This document shows, one piece after another, positions 11,030 to 24,110 of a stretch of DNA of 64,000 bases; position 1 is the stretch's first letter; every line of letters begins with the position of its first letter. Below the pieces are notes generated by a model. That model saw only the letters and a program-made list of their open reading frames with translations, was not told the origin of the DNA and did not search any database. The translations under genes and the position numbers were made by a program. Source of the DNA: Seison nebaliae (Eukaryota); contig JALJEE010002047.1 in the NCBI GenBank assembly GCA_023231475.1, positions 1-64,000 of the forward strand, read 5' to 3'.

Positions 11030-12500
11030 TTCACGACGTTGGTTGTTGGAAATTAGTTTACGGTATTTTGGTATATTTTGAGATTGTCAGGAACCAAGTA
11101 TTGGAAGGAGAATTGATCTATCACTTCTCTTGCATTGAACAACCGGTTAGGCTTCGGAAGAGTGTAGTACGAACAGAAAAACAACAATAGAGACATAAGG
11201 GGTAGTTAATCGTTAAGAGACGGAGTAGGAAATTCCGAAGCATCCAGAGATCTCCAACTTACAAAATCGGAAACGGAGGAAGATCGACAATGGAGAACAT
11301 AAATGCTCTTGAAAAGGAGCGTTTACAACCTAATAAACTTCGAATTCATCGATTATATGCTCGAACCAAGGCGTACATTGATTTCATTGAAAACGATATA
11401 GCTGCCTGTAATCCGTAGAAACCCAAGCATATAGTATGAAACAACTTCATTTTTAGAGATTATAAAATATATACAGATAGATATCTATCCGTAGCGAATT
11501 TCTTGGTGCTGTCGCCATAAAAATTAATACACAGAACATTACTAACCTGAATTGAACAAATACTTTTACAATGAATTGAGAAGTTCGACGGTAGTAAACA
11601 TTTTCGAGCAATAATTATCATACCTGAAGAACATCTTATCTTACCGTTCATGCTCCTGGGTGGAATCGCTGGTGATAGGAAAAGAGTATGTGACGAGAGA
11701 TTATGTAAGGATACGGGGACAGAAAGTAACCACGTTTCTTGTAGGAAAATAAGCTCGTACTTTAATAGTTCAGATAGTTCGGGGAGAAAACTGTGTGTAC
11801 CATGTACATTGAAGGAAATGCAGGAAATATTATGAACATCGTTAATATCGTCAGTTAAGTTGTTGAGATTCGGGGAAAAGAGTCTTTTTCTCAGGGAGAG
11901 TCAAGGAATTAGTCAATTTCAGTCAAGTTCCCTCGACTACAATTATCTGTTTTTTCTTTCTTTCTCTTAGAACCTTCTTCTCCACTGGTTTGTTCTAATG
12001 TTCAATATTCTTCTCTCTTCCGGAATAATCCCAGAATACTTCCTGGAATGGCGCCTCCACCTTTTTCTTCTTCATGGAGCTTCTAATAATTTACCCACCT
12101 CAGCTAACTCTTCCTTAATATTCGCGACGGAACAATTGACATCCCCTAATAGTTCATTGCAATGAGAAATTAGAACGCCATTCTTCGAGATCTGCTTAAT
12201 ACAGCCGCTGATTACTTTCTTCAATGACTCGTTCTTCGTCGTCAATTCAGCAACGTCGGCTTCCATTTTCTCTATTTTTCCACCAAATTCCTCAACGGAT
12301 GACATAAGATTTTCTGCCTTATGTTTAAGTGTCCTATTATCGATCGTAGAATTTTGTTACTTTAATCTCTTTGTCACTATTAATTTTCTCCATAGTCCAT
12401 AATCACCGACACCAGCACCGCAGCCGGTGGCAGGGAGTTCAAGGAACCTGTCGAACCGAGATCATCTTCGTTCAAATCTTGTCTCTTGTTTATAAGCATG
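11030..12500 (-). mobile_element. Internally deleted, degraded APE-type LINE (ORF1 remnant, APE endonuclease N-terminus, post-RT C-terminal region)
   Basis: From about 11840 down the minus strand reads DVHNISCISFNVHG...YELIFLQETWL...SSGMIIIAR...VLCINFYG (APE motifs). It continues in frame as YIL*SLKMKLFHTICLGFYGL...LVRAYNR*IRSLLGC...FSIVDLPPFPIL, which aligns without gaps to the post-RT part of the LINE at 45208-46053. A coiled-coil ORF1-like piece lies at 12072-12305. Ends are approximate. Confidence 0.82.
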
Positions 12501-12770
12501 TCAAAAAAAATTTTAAATGGGGAATTTCAAATGATCATTGAATAAATAAATACAAATCAGAAAAAGAAGTTTTATTGTTTCTGAAGAAAGAATTTTAAAA
12601 ATTTTTGTTTTCCAACGGAAATTATAAAAAAATATCGAAAAACTTTATGTTGAATTTTCAGAGTTTTCTAATGAAACGGTTCTCGCATTGATCTTTGATA
12701 AGAGATTTGAATGAATGTTAATGAAAGTGTAAAGTGGAGAAAGATGGAAAACTATTTTCATCAAATGAAA

Positions 12771-14456
12771 TTATTGGAAAGATGAATGATCTGATGATTT
12801 TCGTTCGTTGGGAACATTCTTCAACTGCGCCACCAATTCAGACATGGCAGATGTTAAGGAATCAGCTGCATTCATTAAATTCAATCTCCATTCGTTATCG
12901 TTTCCATAGGACATTGACGATTGTGTAAAATCGGGGAAATTGTTTTTATATTCCATTATACCATTGGGCACGTACATCGAAGATGTCATGAGATCAGGTG
13001 AAATATATTTGTCTAACTTTGCCAAATTGGAATCCTTCAATAACCGTTTTCGTTTCCTTTCCAATTCTTTTTTCTGCTGTTGAGAAATAAAAGAGGCGGA
13101 AGAAGAGGAGAACAATTCATCATCTGATAAAAGAGACGAAGACGAGAACATTGACGTGGTAGATGATGTTGTTGAAGATGTTGGCGAAGAAGATAAAGAT
13201 TGAGAACGGACATTTACTTTCGAATTTAAAGAATCGAAAGAAACGTTTTTAGTGGAATTCTTCTTTTGTGGAGATTTTTCATCATTCCTCTTTTTCCGAT
13301 TGTCGCTAGTTGGATTGAAATGATTCGTATAATTTGTGGAATGATTTCGCAACTCTTGATCTTTGGATGTGGATCGATGATAAGGATCAGTCACATAATC
13401 GACGTTATCTGAAGAAACATAATTCTTTCGTTTCAACGACATATATGAGAAATATTTATCTAAATTAGACAAACTGGAATGTTGCTGATTATGATGTGCA
13501 ACAATATCATTTTTATTTTTATTAATATTATTATTATTATTCGAAAAAACTGCGATAGATTTACGATTATCTTTGCGATGAGGTAAGGAATTCCTTTTAT
13601 CACCAAAACTATTTTTATTTGCAAAAACGGATGATTGGACGATGGGTAATCGTTTCCGTTTTTTCCCATATTTACCATATGATGCCGTCGATGAGGACGA
13701 ATTGCAACGTTGAACATAATTAATTTTGCGATTATCATCTCGATTTCCATTCTTTAAACTATTCGAATGTTTATGATGATTTTTTTGCTCAATTGATCGT
13801 GATGGAATTTGACATTTTAATTTATGTTGCTGTTGTTGTTGTTGAATGAGAATCAGTTGAAGTTGTTGAATAAGTTGTTGACGATTCTCCTTTAATTTGA
13901 TCATTCGATCGTCTAATTTTCCAGTTCGTCTTCTCACTAACTTCATTTCTTCTTTCAACAATTTGGCGATTGAGGACGTGACTGATGACGATGAAGACGA
14001 TGATGAAGATAAATATTCATTGCCTATTGGCGAGTTGAAGAAATAGGAGGAATTAGTCATCATTTCATCAGTTAAATTCATTTGCAACTTCTCAGGAATT
14101 GTGAATTTATTGATTTTGATTGGCATCGATATTTTTGATATCGATGCTTTCGTTGACATCATTGAAGATAAATTGGGTGGTAAGTCATTATTATTCTGAT
14201 AATTATAATTATTATTCATATTCTGACAATGACTATTGATTGAATCGTTGTCGAACTTGGAAGAAGTAACCAATGAATTATTTGACCAAATCTCATTCAA
14301 TAATGAACTTTTCGTTCCAACAGATGTTGTTGTTGTTGTTCTTGTGGAGACTGATGGAATCGATCTAGATAGAACGGTATGCTCATCATTTATTCGTTTA
14401 CAATTGTTTAAAGAAGAATTATTCGTCAACATAGAATAATTGATAATGTTGTTCAT
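12771..14456 (-). CDS. Dystrobrevin-like protein (C-terminal coiled coil and terminal helix only) in an Asn/Ser-rich 561-aa ORF
   Basis: [35 protein letters not shown] resembles the dystrobrevin coiled coil [55 protein letters not shown] resembles [22 protein letters not shown]. No EF-hand or ZZ domain is present in the ORF. Confidence 0.65.
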   Translation of the reverse strand: [561 protein letters not shown]

Positions 14457-17400
14457 TGTGTAATGGAGAAATATTAAATTATTTTCAATTATTTAATATC
14501 AAATACCACCATATACTACCAATCTATTTCTCCTTTTATAATTTCTCAGTATAAATCGATGTCGAAACAATAATTCATAAGAACAATATTATCGATGACA
14601 ATTCGGGAGAATGAGTTCGAGATTTCCCATAAATAAATTTTCTTCTTTTGTACTTTCCCTGATTATTTCTTTTATTTCTCCTTCTATTCTTCTCTAAATT
14701 GAGTTTGACAAAATTAATTTCTCATATGATTAATATTATGCACTTCCGCCTTTCCTCCCAACCATCATCAATATGTTGCTTATCAATCAAGAATGTTCTT
14801 CCTCCACACACATCGCCATCAGCGCAATCAACCCACGAATCTATCAATATTTATTTATCGATCTATCTATCTCCAAAACAGAACATAACGAGAAAAATGT
14901 TACTAATTATGTTAAACAACACAATCTCATCTTTGAGACAATGCATGAAAAAGGAAAATTCTGATTCACTTAAACAATCTACTAGAATGAATCTAGTTCC
15001 AATATAAACAATCGACGGTAAATTATTACGTCCAAACTTTATTCCGTCTATTCCGCCCAAGTTGATGAGATCGTAAGGAAAATAATTATTCATGTTTCTT
15101 TTCTTAGCCAGAAATTTCCCATCATCTACCAAAATATCATATAACATTCGTATAATTTATCGATAAATAAGATCTGATCTGTTCACTGACACAATGTGAG
15201 TAACATTATTCGATAATAATGGCAATTCATATTGGAAGTTCAGTAGATAAATGAATAATTTTATACACAAAATATTATCGGTGAAACTTTTCTGCACTAA
15301 ATTTTTAAAACACATTTTACAACACGTTAACAAGAGATAAATATTTTTGATCTTTTATCACTCATTCTAATTCCATTATTAATATATTATCGGACATTTC
15401 CAACAGAGTTTTCTTCTCGTGTATTTTGTTGTCCTTTGAATTTTATGTGATTACTAATGTACCTTCATTCCATCGAGAATGGGAGTGCCGAAATTCCTTC
15501 TTTCTTTAAAGTTACTTAAGCAAACTATAATTCATAAATTGTGACTATATGATTCGATTGGAGTATGTGGAGGTTGCACTCACATTCACTAATGCTTCGT
15601 TCGCTCCTACACGAATTGAGACGATGTTAAAACCGATAACTATTCTTACGCCCATCTTATTAGTTAGAAAGCAGATGAGTTCGGTCAAAGAAATCAATGA
15701 AAACCGAAAATTATGAGTCGTACAATAATTATATTAAATAACTCCACAAATTTTTTAGCGCTCGATAACTCCTGATGTTTGACTAATTGAATTATGAGAA
15801 ATATGTAGATCGTCAGAATCAACACACAATTCTCTACCAGATGATACTAAAAGTCATTCGTATGATATTTATTCAATTTATTCTCTTATTTATTATTATC
15901 TTCATTCTACAACGAATGAACGTAAAGAAATCTTTAAACAAGAAATGGAAATAAGGATTTGATATCTGGTGAAATGAATAAATGCTTATAAGATTATCAG
16001 TAAATGATTGTTCGTAACGATAACTCATCGATAAAGTCTATGGTTATTATTTATGTTCAGTTTTTTTCTACTCGCATCGTATAATCTTCCTTATGTAACT
16101 ATAACTTTGTTCAGTGAAAAAGTAGGTTATTCATATCAGAAAAGTAAGAAAACTTTCTTTTTTTTTTAAAATTTCATTCAAGCGAAAAGGTGGAATTATT
16201 CTAATAATACTCAATTTTCTATAAGTTTAATGGTGTCATTATGTACAATAACATCATTTCCAAATAAAATGTTCCCTAGAAGTAAACACGATTGATGAAA
16301 GTTTTCCATTGGAATTATTTTGGATGGATGGTAATGCATTCGTTAATATTTCGCTGAAAGATGGATAATTCAATTAATTACCATCATTAAACCCAATCCT
16401 CTATATACATATTGTACATGTCTCTCGACTAATACATTAATATTAATCAATCTATTCGGAATTTGTTTAATCCATTTCACTTTCCTTTCGCACAACATCT
16501 CGTCCGATATGACATCAGGACATTTAATATTAATCAAATTGAATGGTGGGAGAATAGAGGCATTTATCGAATAACTCTTCGTCTTTCAACAACAAGAACT
16601 TTCTCCATTTCAATCAATATTGCCAACCAAATCATAATTAGATTAAGGAGAAAGATGCGTAAGACGATTGTCCTCATCGAGAAAGAAACTTTCTTTTCAA
16701 AAACATTTCTTCCATAACAATAACAACGGGAGACTTTGAAAGATATTTAATAAATATTCCATTAATGCTAACGCTTTCTCTTCCATTCAAAAAAGGAACT
16801 TATCATGCAGATGTTGACCGAATAAACAGACGATTCATTCACAATCTTCAACTTTCCTTCTTAGAAGATTCTCATCATCGAATCTCCAACGATTTATTTA
16901 TTCATTCATCTATCTGACAGGTGGGAGGACGTAGAGAATGGAAAGGAAATTAATATCTAAAACAATCAAACATTTCATCGATTACGATTTAAATGATTGG
17001 AAAACAATGCATATCTGCTTATTTTTAGATTACTTACTCTCCTCACAATCGTCAATATCCAGTCAATTCTCTTTTTTACATATGAACTAGATAAGTACTT
17101 CATAGACGAATGACCGTTCGGATGTCGAATGCATAATGAACATCACATTCCTTCCTACAAAACATGTAGCCACTTCGCATGCTTCCCAAAAGAAAGAACA
17201 ATTAATAAGTAAATTCTTCCTATCTTCCACTCAGCTATCATGCCATCTTCCTCTAGTCATTCCACTATTTCCTTCTCCATTCACTCTCAGCGAATAACTG
17301 GACATATTTGTCCAGAATTGCCTATCTGCTACATATATCTCCCTACCAATGCCATTGACCCCTTCCTATCAGTCAATCTTTTCCAACATGAAATATTCAC

Positions 17401-20400
17401 TTCCGAATTAAATTTTAAGATTCTCTCATTTCTTTATCAGCATATTCTTCCGGATCTTTCACAAAGAAGAAAAGTTTTTTTGCCACACTCCAACTAAATT
17501 TACAATTGATGGACTGAATCTAATATATATTTGAATCTTTTCTTCAATTCATTTCTTCCTTGAAAACACAAAACAGTTTTTCTTCAATAGAAGTTCCATC
17601 AACCTCGTTATTCGGAATTGATTCAATCACATTTCGTCTATTTCGCTGTTAGATGATAATCGCCTATCTTTTAACAAGATTTCTCATCATCATATTATTA
17701 TCATAATTCATCATTTTTTGCATTTCCCACTCATTGAATTGGATTATGGGAGGTGGGTGCAGAAAACTACCATAGTCGACGACCGATCTCTAATTTTAAG
17801 CGAATATGAATTGAAAAAATGACATAAGTTAACGATAATGTTTCTCCTCCATAAAAGAATATACGAGAGAAGAACCATGTTACCACATGGCCCGCTGGAA
17901 TTACGAGAATGTTAGAAAAATACTATGCGGAAAATATTTGGTTTCATAAACAATCTTCGCCAATCCAATGAGATGACAAAACTTACAGCAATTGTTAGAA
18001 ATCGTCAAACCTATCGTAATTTCTTCTAATTTTATCTTATAACTTAATTCTAACTAATATATATATTATAAATATTCTCATCACTAGTTTTAAATATATA
18101 AAAAATTTCTTATTCATGAATAATTTAGAAAATGAAATGTCTAATGAAAATAAATGAGTTTTCCGAAAGTCTTAAGGTCCATTTTTCCTTTGAGAAATTC
18201 AGGTGATACTTCCCGAAATTATTTCGGAAACTTAATATGGAAACTTGCTAACTTTTCGATTTTCTTTGAATTTCACAATTATTCTACGGTCTACTTATAA
18301 TAATTAAGGTTCTTTATTATTATTCTTTAAATTGTGGAGATGTCGGTTATTATCGTTATTCTACCAACATTTCCATTCTATCACTATTACGATGGAGATA
18401 GTCGAACTATGATACGATTATGAATTATCTACTATGTTTGTTACGATTGTTATGGACCGCCACTTGAGAAGAACGACGAGAATTGATCGCTGAGAGGATC
18501 GGGTAAGATAGAAGAAGTTCATGCTTCTTATCATGAGTCGTTGATATTATGAATGTAATAATGATTTGGAATGATGAATAGTAATGAACTATTTCCGCAA
18601 TTATTACGAAACTTTTCAGAAAGATATAAATAGCAAGTGAAGGAACTAGACGGGAGGAACTATGAATTGGATGAATGAATAGTATGAATAACAAACAGAA
18701 GAACAGATTACATGTCATCCCATTGATCAGAAAGAGTCACGAATCTTTCAAAAGAGGAATTCTCACTAAAAGTTGCTTCTTGCCGAATCGGATGAGTAAA
18801 TTTTTGGATCATCAGAAAATAAATTCCTATCTCTTTCGAACGATCAGATTTCCCGTAGAAAATGAACACCGTTTTGCACGTCGATTATACTACAAATAAT
18901 GGGAACGATATTTTAACGAAAACGTAAAAATGAAGAATAGAAAGAATAATTTCTTCTTTCCAATCGTCCACATAAAAATGTGCATACCTCGTCCTTATGA
19001 AAAAGAAGTTTGCATTCAATTCATACTTTCTTATTTATATATCATTATGAAAGTTTTTCCTTCTCTCCCAAAAATAAAGGAACCTTTGCTTACTTACCAA
19101 CATAAAGTTGTAGAATACTCTCATACCAAACATATTATCATACGTCATTGACTGCTCAGAAAAATGATTATCGATCTCATCATTCCCAACAGAGGAAAGT
19201 GAATAGTTGCCAAATAATTTGTTTGAAATTCTCCCCTCAATAATCTTCATTTGGAATTGGCCTCAAATGCAAGGAAAAATGGACCGGGACAACCGAATCG
19301 GATACGAATGGGAAATGAATTTTGAAATAGATATTGTCTGTATATAAATAGAAAATCGTATTCTTAACGAAGAACAAAGTTTGTTAGTTTAACTTAACGT
19401 TTGTTCAACAAACGTAAAAATTCATCTTTCCATCTTTCTCAAAAACGGAATGAAAGAAGAAAGTTTCGCAGTTGATATCATCAAAATCCATTAGTATGAA
19501 ACACCACATACTCACGCAAGTGACTGACCAATCTATGTCTACCTAACATAAATAGAAAGTATTCCCTATATGAAATATATCGACTTCCTCCCATCGACTT
19601 GTACTCAAATGGGAATAATGGAAATTCAGTGTTGAACAAATTGCTTTGACATTGTTTCTTATACAACTGCTTCACTAAGACTCTTCTCCATTTGTACTTT
19701 CTCACACTCACTTTTTTCTCCCAACGACATTTCAATGAAATGATAAAAAGTTATTAAATATTATTATTATTATTTTGATAAAATCAACAACAACTTGATA
19801 TTCCGTTAATCGGAAAGTTTTAGTTCAATTTTATCAATTTCCAATTGAACAAATTAATAAAAATACGAAAAATGAGAAAGAAGAAGAATTGTCCATCAGA
19901 AGTAGGAACGAGTGGAGGAAGTGTCGATCAACATTTTCCTGTCACCCTTCCAGACAACTCTCATATTAGAGTGAAATACATACAATTTTTATGGATGATT
20001 GATCGAATGTTCTCCAATTCTTTCTGTCCAGAAACTTCGAATGATTTTCCTTCCGCTTCAAATCTTTCCTTGAAATCCTCATATTTAAGAAATAGCCCAA
20101 GTAGAATAATCGGAATTGCATTTGGAGAAACAGGAAGGCAAAACTGATAGAAAAGGAAAAGTTATTTGAAAAATATTCGGATATTTCAAGATAGTTGTCT
20201 TTATATTCACTACTTACCGAAAAAGTGTTGGAACGACGTATTTCTATAGAGATTATTGGACAATGAAAAAAGTTGCACAAATACAGTGTCGATATGTATT
20301 TTATGTATTATTGAATCATTTTCTTATCAAGAATTTTAATATTATGAATGTCCGTTTGTCAATTGTCAACAAATTCGACAAACTTATTCAACTAGAAAGA

Positions 20401-23400
20401 AATAGTAATATTATTATTATCGTAAGAATAATGGAAGATTATTTGAATAAATAAATATATTATCTCATTATTCTTTATCAATCACAAATTGACTTTGGTG
20501 AATAAGATAAGAAAGAACTGTCCATAATTCAGTTCGGTGAAAATCGATGCAATTCATGCAAACTCTCCTTTTTCAATTCATACCTTTTCACATAATCAAA
20601 TGAAAATTTCTTTTTTTAAATTCGTTTTTCTTTCGATGAAATTAATTTAGTAGAGATTTAATCGGAATTGAAGACACAATAAATATCGGGGAGAGGAAGG
20701 TTAATCAGAAATTCGAAAAAAGAAATGGAGGATAAATAAAAGAAATTTTCTATTTGAATAATAAAATTTGTAATTTGTTTTGGCACATGGGCATTACTTG
20801 AACGGTTCAAAATCCTTGTCCAAAAACAACAAACTAAAAAAGAAAACGTAAAATGAATTATCCTGAAAGAAAAACTAATAGATAATTATCGATTGAAATT
20901 TAATGTTTTCTTCAACAACATCAAGTGCAACTTTACAAACAGTAGAAGGACATTGTAACACATGAATATGTTTATTGAAAAGTTATTGGAAAATAAATTA
21001 ATTTTCGATTTTGAATGGAGAAAGTAAATTAATTAGTCTAACGTAATAACGTAATCATTAACAATAATTGACATAATGATTAATTCAATTCGATTATTCT
21101 CCTGGTTAATCATTCGTGATAATAAAATTGAATAGTCAAATTGAACAGTGAAAATATTTACATAAATCATAAATAAAACCAATGTTATGGGCAATATGGG
21201 CAAACCAATATATCAATCGAATTAAAAACAATCCAAGAACAATTATTATCGATTTATCTATTTCTCATTTAATAGTCATCAATTATTCAGATCTTATCAT
21301 TAAATATCGCCGCATTGCAAAAATATTATCATATTTAAAAATTACTATTGACATGAGATTGTTCAATTTTCTCATGAATTATGACAAATTTGCTTATTGA
21401 ACATCAAATTGAATTAGTTTCGTCATTGATTAGATTATCTGTCCAGGCATCAACTGATGGAAAATAATCCAAATTATACTTATACTAAATAATTACATTG
21501 TTCGATTACATAATATTCGTACAATAAGACGATAATACAAAATTTTTTCTCAATTTTATCTATTTTCTGAAATTTACATTGTTGCTATTGGTAATAATTA
21601 AAGAAGAAGAAGATAGTGCATACTTAATAATTAATTTTTTTTAGCAATTCGTGCAATGATGAAATTAAACATTTTTGATTAAGTATGTTCCACTATTTAC
21701 AAGAATTGGAGTACGGAAAATAATTAAGAGTGCGACGTAATGAGAAAAAATTGAATAATATTTTATCGGTTAGTGTCTATCGGAAAGTTTTTCTACTTTC
21801 TCATTTTCCATTGTTTCTCCACATTCCTCAATTTCCTGTAAGTAAATCTCGATTCCTCCTTAAACTAAAAGAATAATTGCGAGAATAGAAGAAATGTGGA
21901 ATATAGAAAACACAGAAATTTATGAGGAATAAATAACCATTTATACTTCAGTTGTTAGAAACAAACTTGGTGCAAAAGATAATATGTTATTCATTAAAAA
22001 ATAATAAAGATTGTTTTGTTTGCCTGACCAAAAATATCAAATTTAGTTCGAGATTTGTGAAAATTATACTTATCAAAGTACTCCTACTACTATATCTCCT
22101 ACGTATTCGCATTAATTTTTGGTTTTCCGGCGAGAATATAAATTAACTTTAAAAGATTATTGACCAATGCTCAAAATATAATAGACATATTTGGCAATTA
22201 TAAGTGCAAATTATTATACGAAAAAACTTCTCTAAAATCAATCACTTTTATTTTTGTCAGAATTATGGTATTTCTCAATTTATGAAATGACAATTTTGAT
22301 GATAAAAAATTATAATTTAATTCAGTCATTTCACGAATAAAAATAAATTAAATTGGTAGATATACTCATTCAAAAGACGAATAAAAACATACTATCAAAT
22401 AGAATAATCTGTGAAAAGGAAGGAGTTTAGAACAAACACAATATAAATTTAAATAATTATGACTCAATCTTCATATAATTCAAATTCTTGAAAACCTAAA
22501 ATTGTGTATACGCGGTCTATCAAACGTCCGTCCACCAAACGGTCGATGTATCAAGTAATCTCGGCTATAAAATGTCGTTTCCCGTATCATATTCTATATA
22601 GAGCAATTATATGATGAGAATATCGAAGTATCTTATTATTCCATTTATACGATAGTGGATATTAATTGAGTAAACCTTTTCTCCCTTATATTCGCCATGT
22701 TCTTTACATGGCTATTTCTCTATTTTTTATTAACATATTAGATGATAAATTTCGTTTATCGAGTGTTCTTTTAAATAAATCGAACATTGTGATACTAAAT
22801 TACGACGATTAATCCCATTCAATTTGACATCTGGTCTCTCATGTGATTTACCATTTCTTCGAAATTTTAAGAATCGATTTTGTGTTCCCCTTTTCCGATC
22901 TCTATTAATTTTCGAGCGTTTTCTCACTGTCGACGTTATTTCTTATTTCGCTTCGAACCAAATATATCCAAACTAATACATTACTGAAATGGTCCTGTCT
23001 TTCTTTAACTTTCTTCGTCGACTGAATAATAAAGAATAAAATTACTTGATTAATAGAAATATCATATTGAGATTTAAACGAGGAGATAATGTTATCAAAA
23101 AATTCATGAAGACGTTCATTTCTCCATGAAATAATTCTCTTGCTTAATTTTTATTCACAAAATTTCACTTCAAAAAAAATTGTTTCGTGTCATTAAGCTT
23201 ATAGAAAATGAGGGAAACTTCTCATTACTCGGACTTAGCAGAGGTCTTAAAAGTATTATCATCATTTGGCAAACGGACAATAAGCACCCGGTTTTCAGTT
23301 TTAGACCAATACCATTTTTCCGGTCGAAATTTCGTGTCTTTCTAAATTTTCGATAATTCAAAACATTGTCGCACTTGTTTTGAGATCGTGGTGCCAATAA

Positions 23401-23550
23401 TTCGATTTTGAATCTAATTTGTCAAGAAATGTTGAAAAAAATTTCATTTGTCAATGGAAGGAATGATGAGTTGTAATTGTAGAAATCAGTTTCCATATTT
23501 TGATCTCATAGCCAAATTCAAATTTTACTTCCAAATTCCTTCTCTCAGTT

Positions 23551-24110
23551 ATGAATGAGTCATCACAAGTTAAAATTGTTCGTTATCCTTTTCTCATTAT
23601 CGTTTTCTTCCCTATTAACAGAGCGAACCGGTGATGATGAATGACATTAAATTCATAGAAGGTAGTTTAGGAAATGAAATGCTCATTTGTAAGAAGCATG
23701 CTTATCATCTCCGAAAGAACTATAAAAGTGGTAAACGGAATTTCGTCTGTAAAATGACTCATAAGACGAAATGTCGAGCGTCTATTACAATGGACGCAAA
23801 CGATAAATTATATAGTTCGCATAATGAACATAATCACGAACCGGAAGACCGAGTAGAAGAGAAAATCATCTTTTCTACTCAGGTCAAATATTTATCCCGT
23901 TCAACGGATTTATCACCTGACCAAATCATAGACGAGGCACTTCGAAGATCGAATTTAGGGAAGGAGAATCTTAATGTTCAACGATCATCTATTAAGCGAA
24001 GTATTCGTCGGAAGAAAATAGGCAATAAAAAAGACAATTTCCCCAGAAATGTTGAAAGGTCGAAAGAACAATCATTTTCCCAAACCTTAAAAAACATGAA
24101 AACTGAATAA
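23551..24110 (+). CDS. FLYWCH-type zinc-finger protein (Mutator-transposase-like DNA-binding module); 2 coding exons, intron 23569-23621
   Basis: Sequence FIEGSLGNEMLICKKHAYHL...NFVCKMTHKTKCRASITM...HNEHNH gives C-x7-C...H-x-H. The upstream exon MNESSQ joins in frame through a 53-nt GTTAAA...AACAG intron. Confidence 0.75.
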
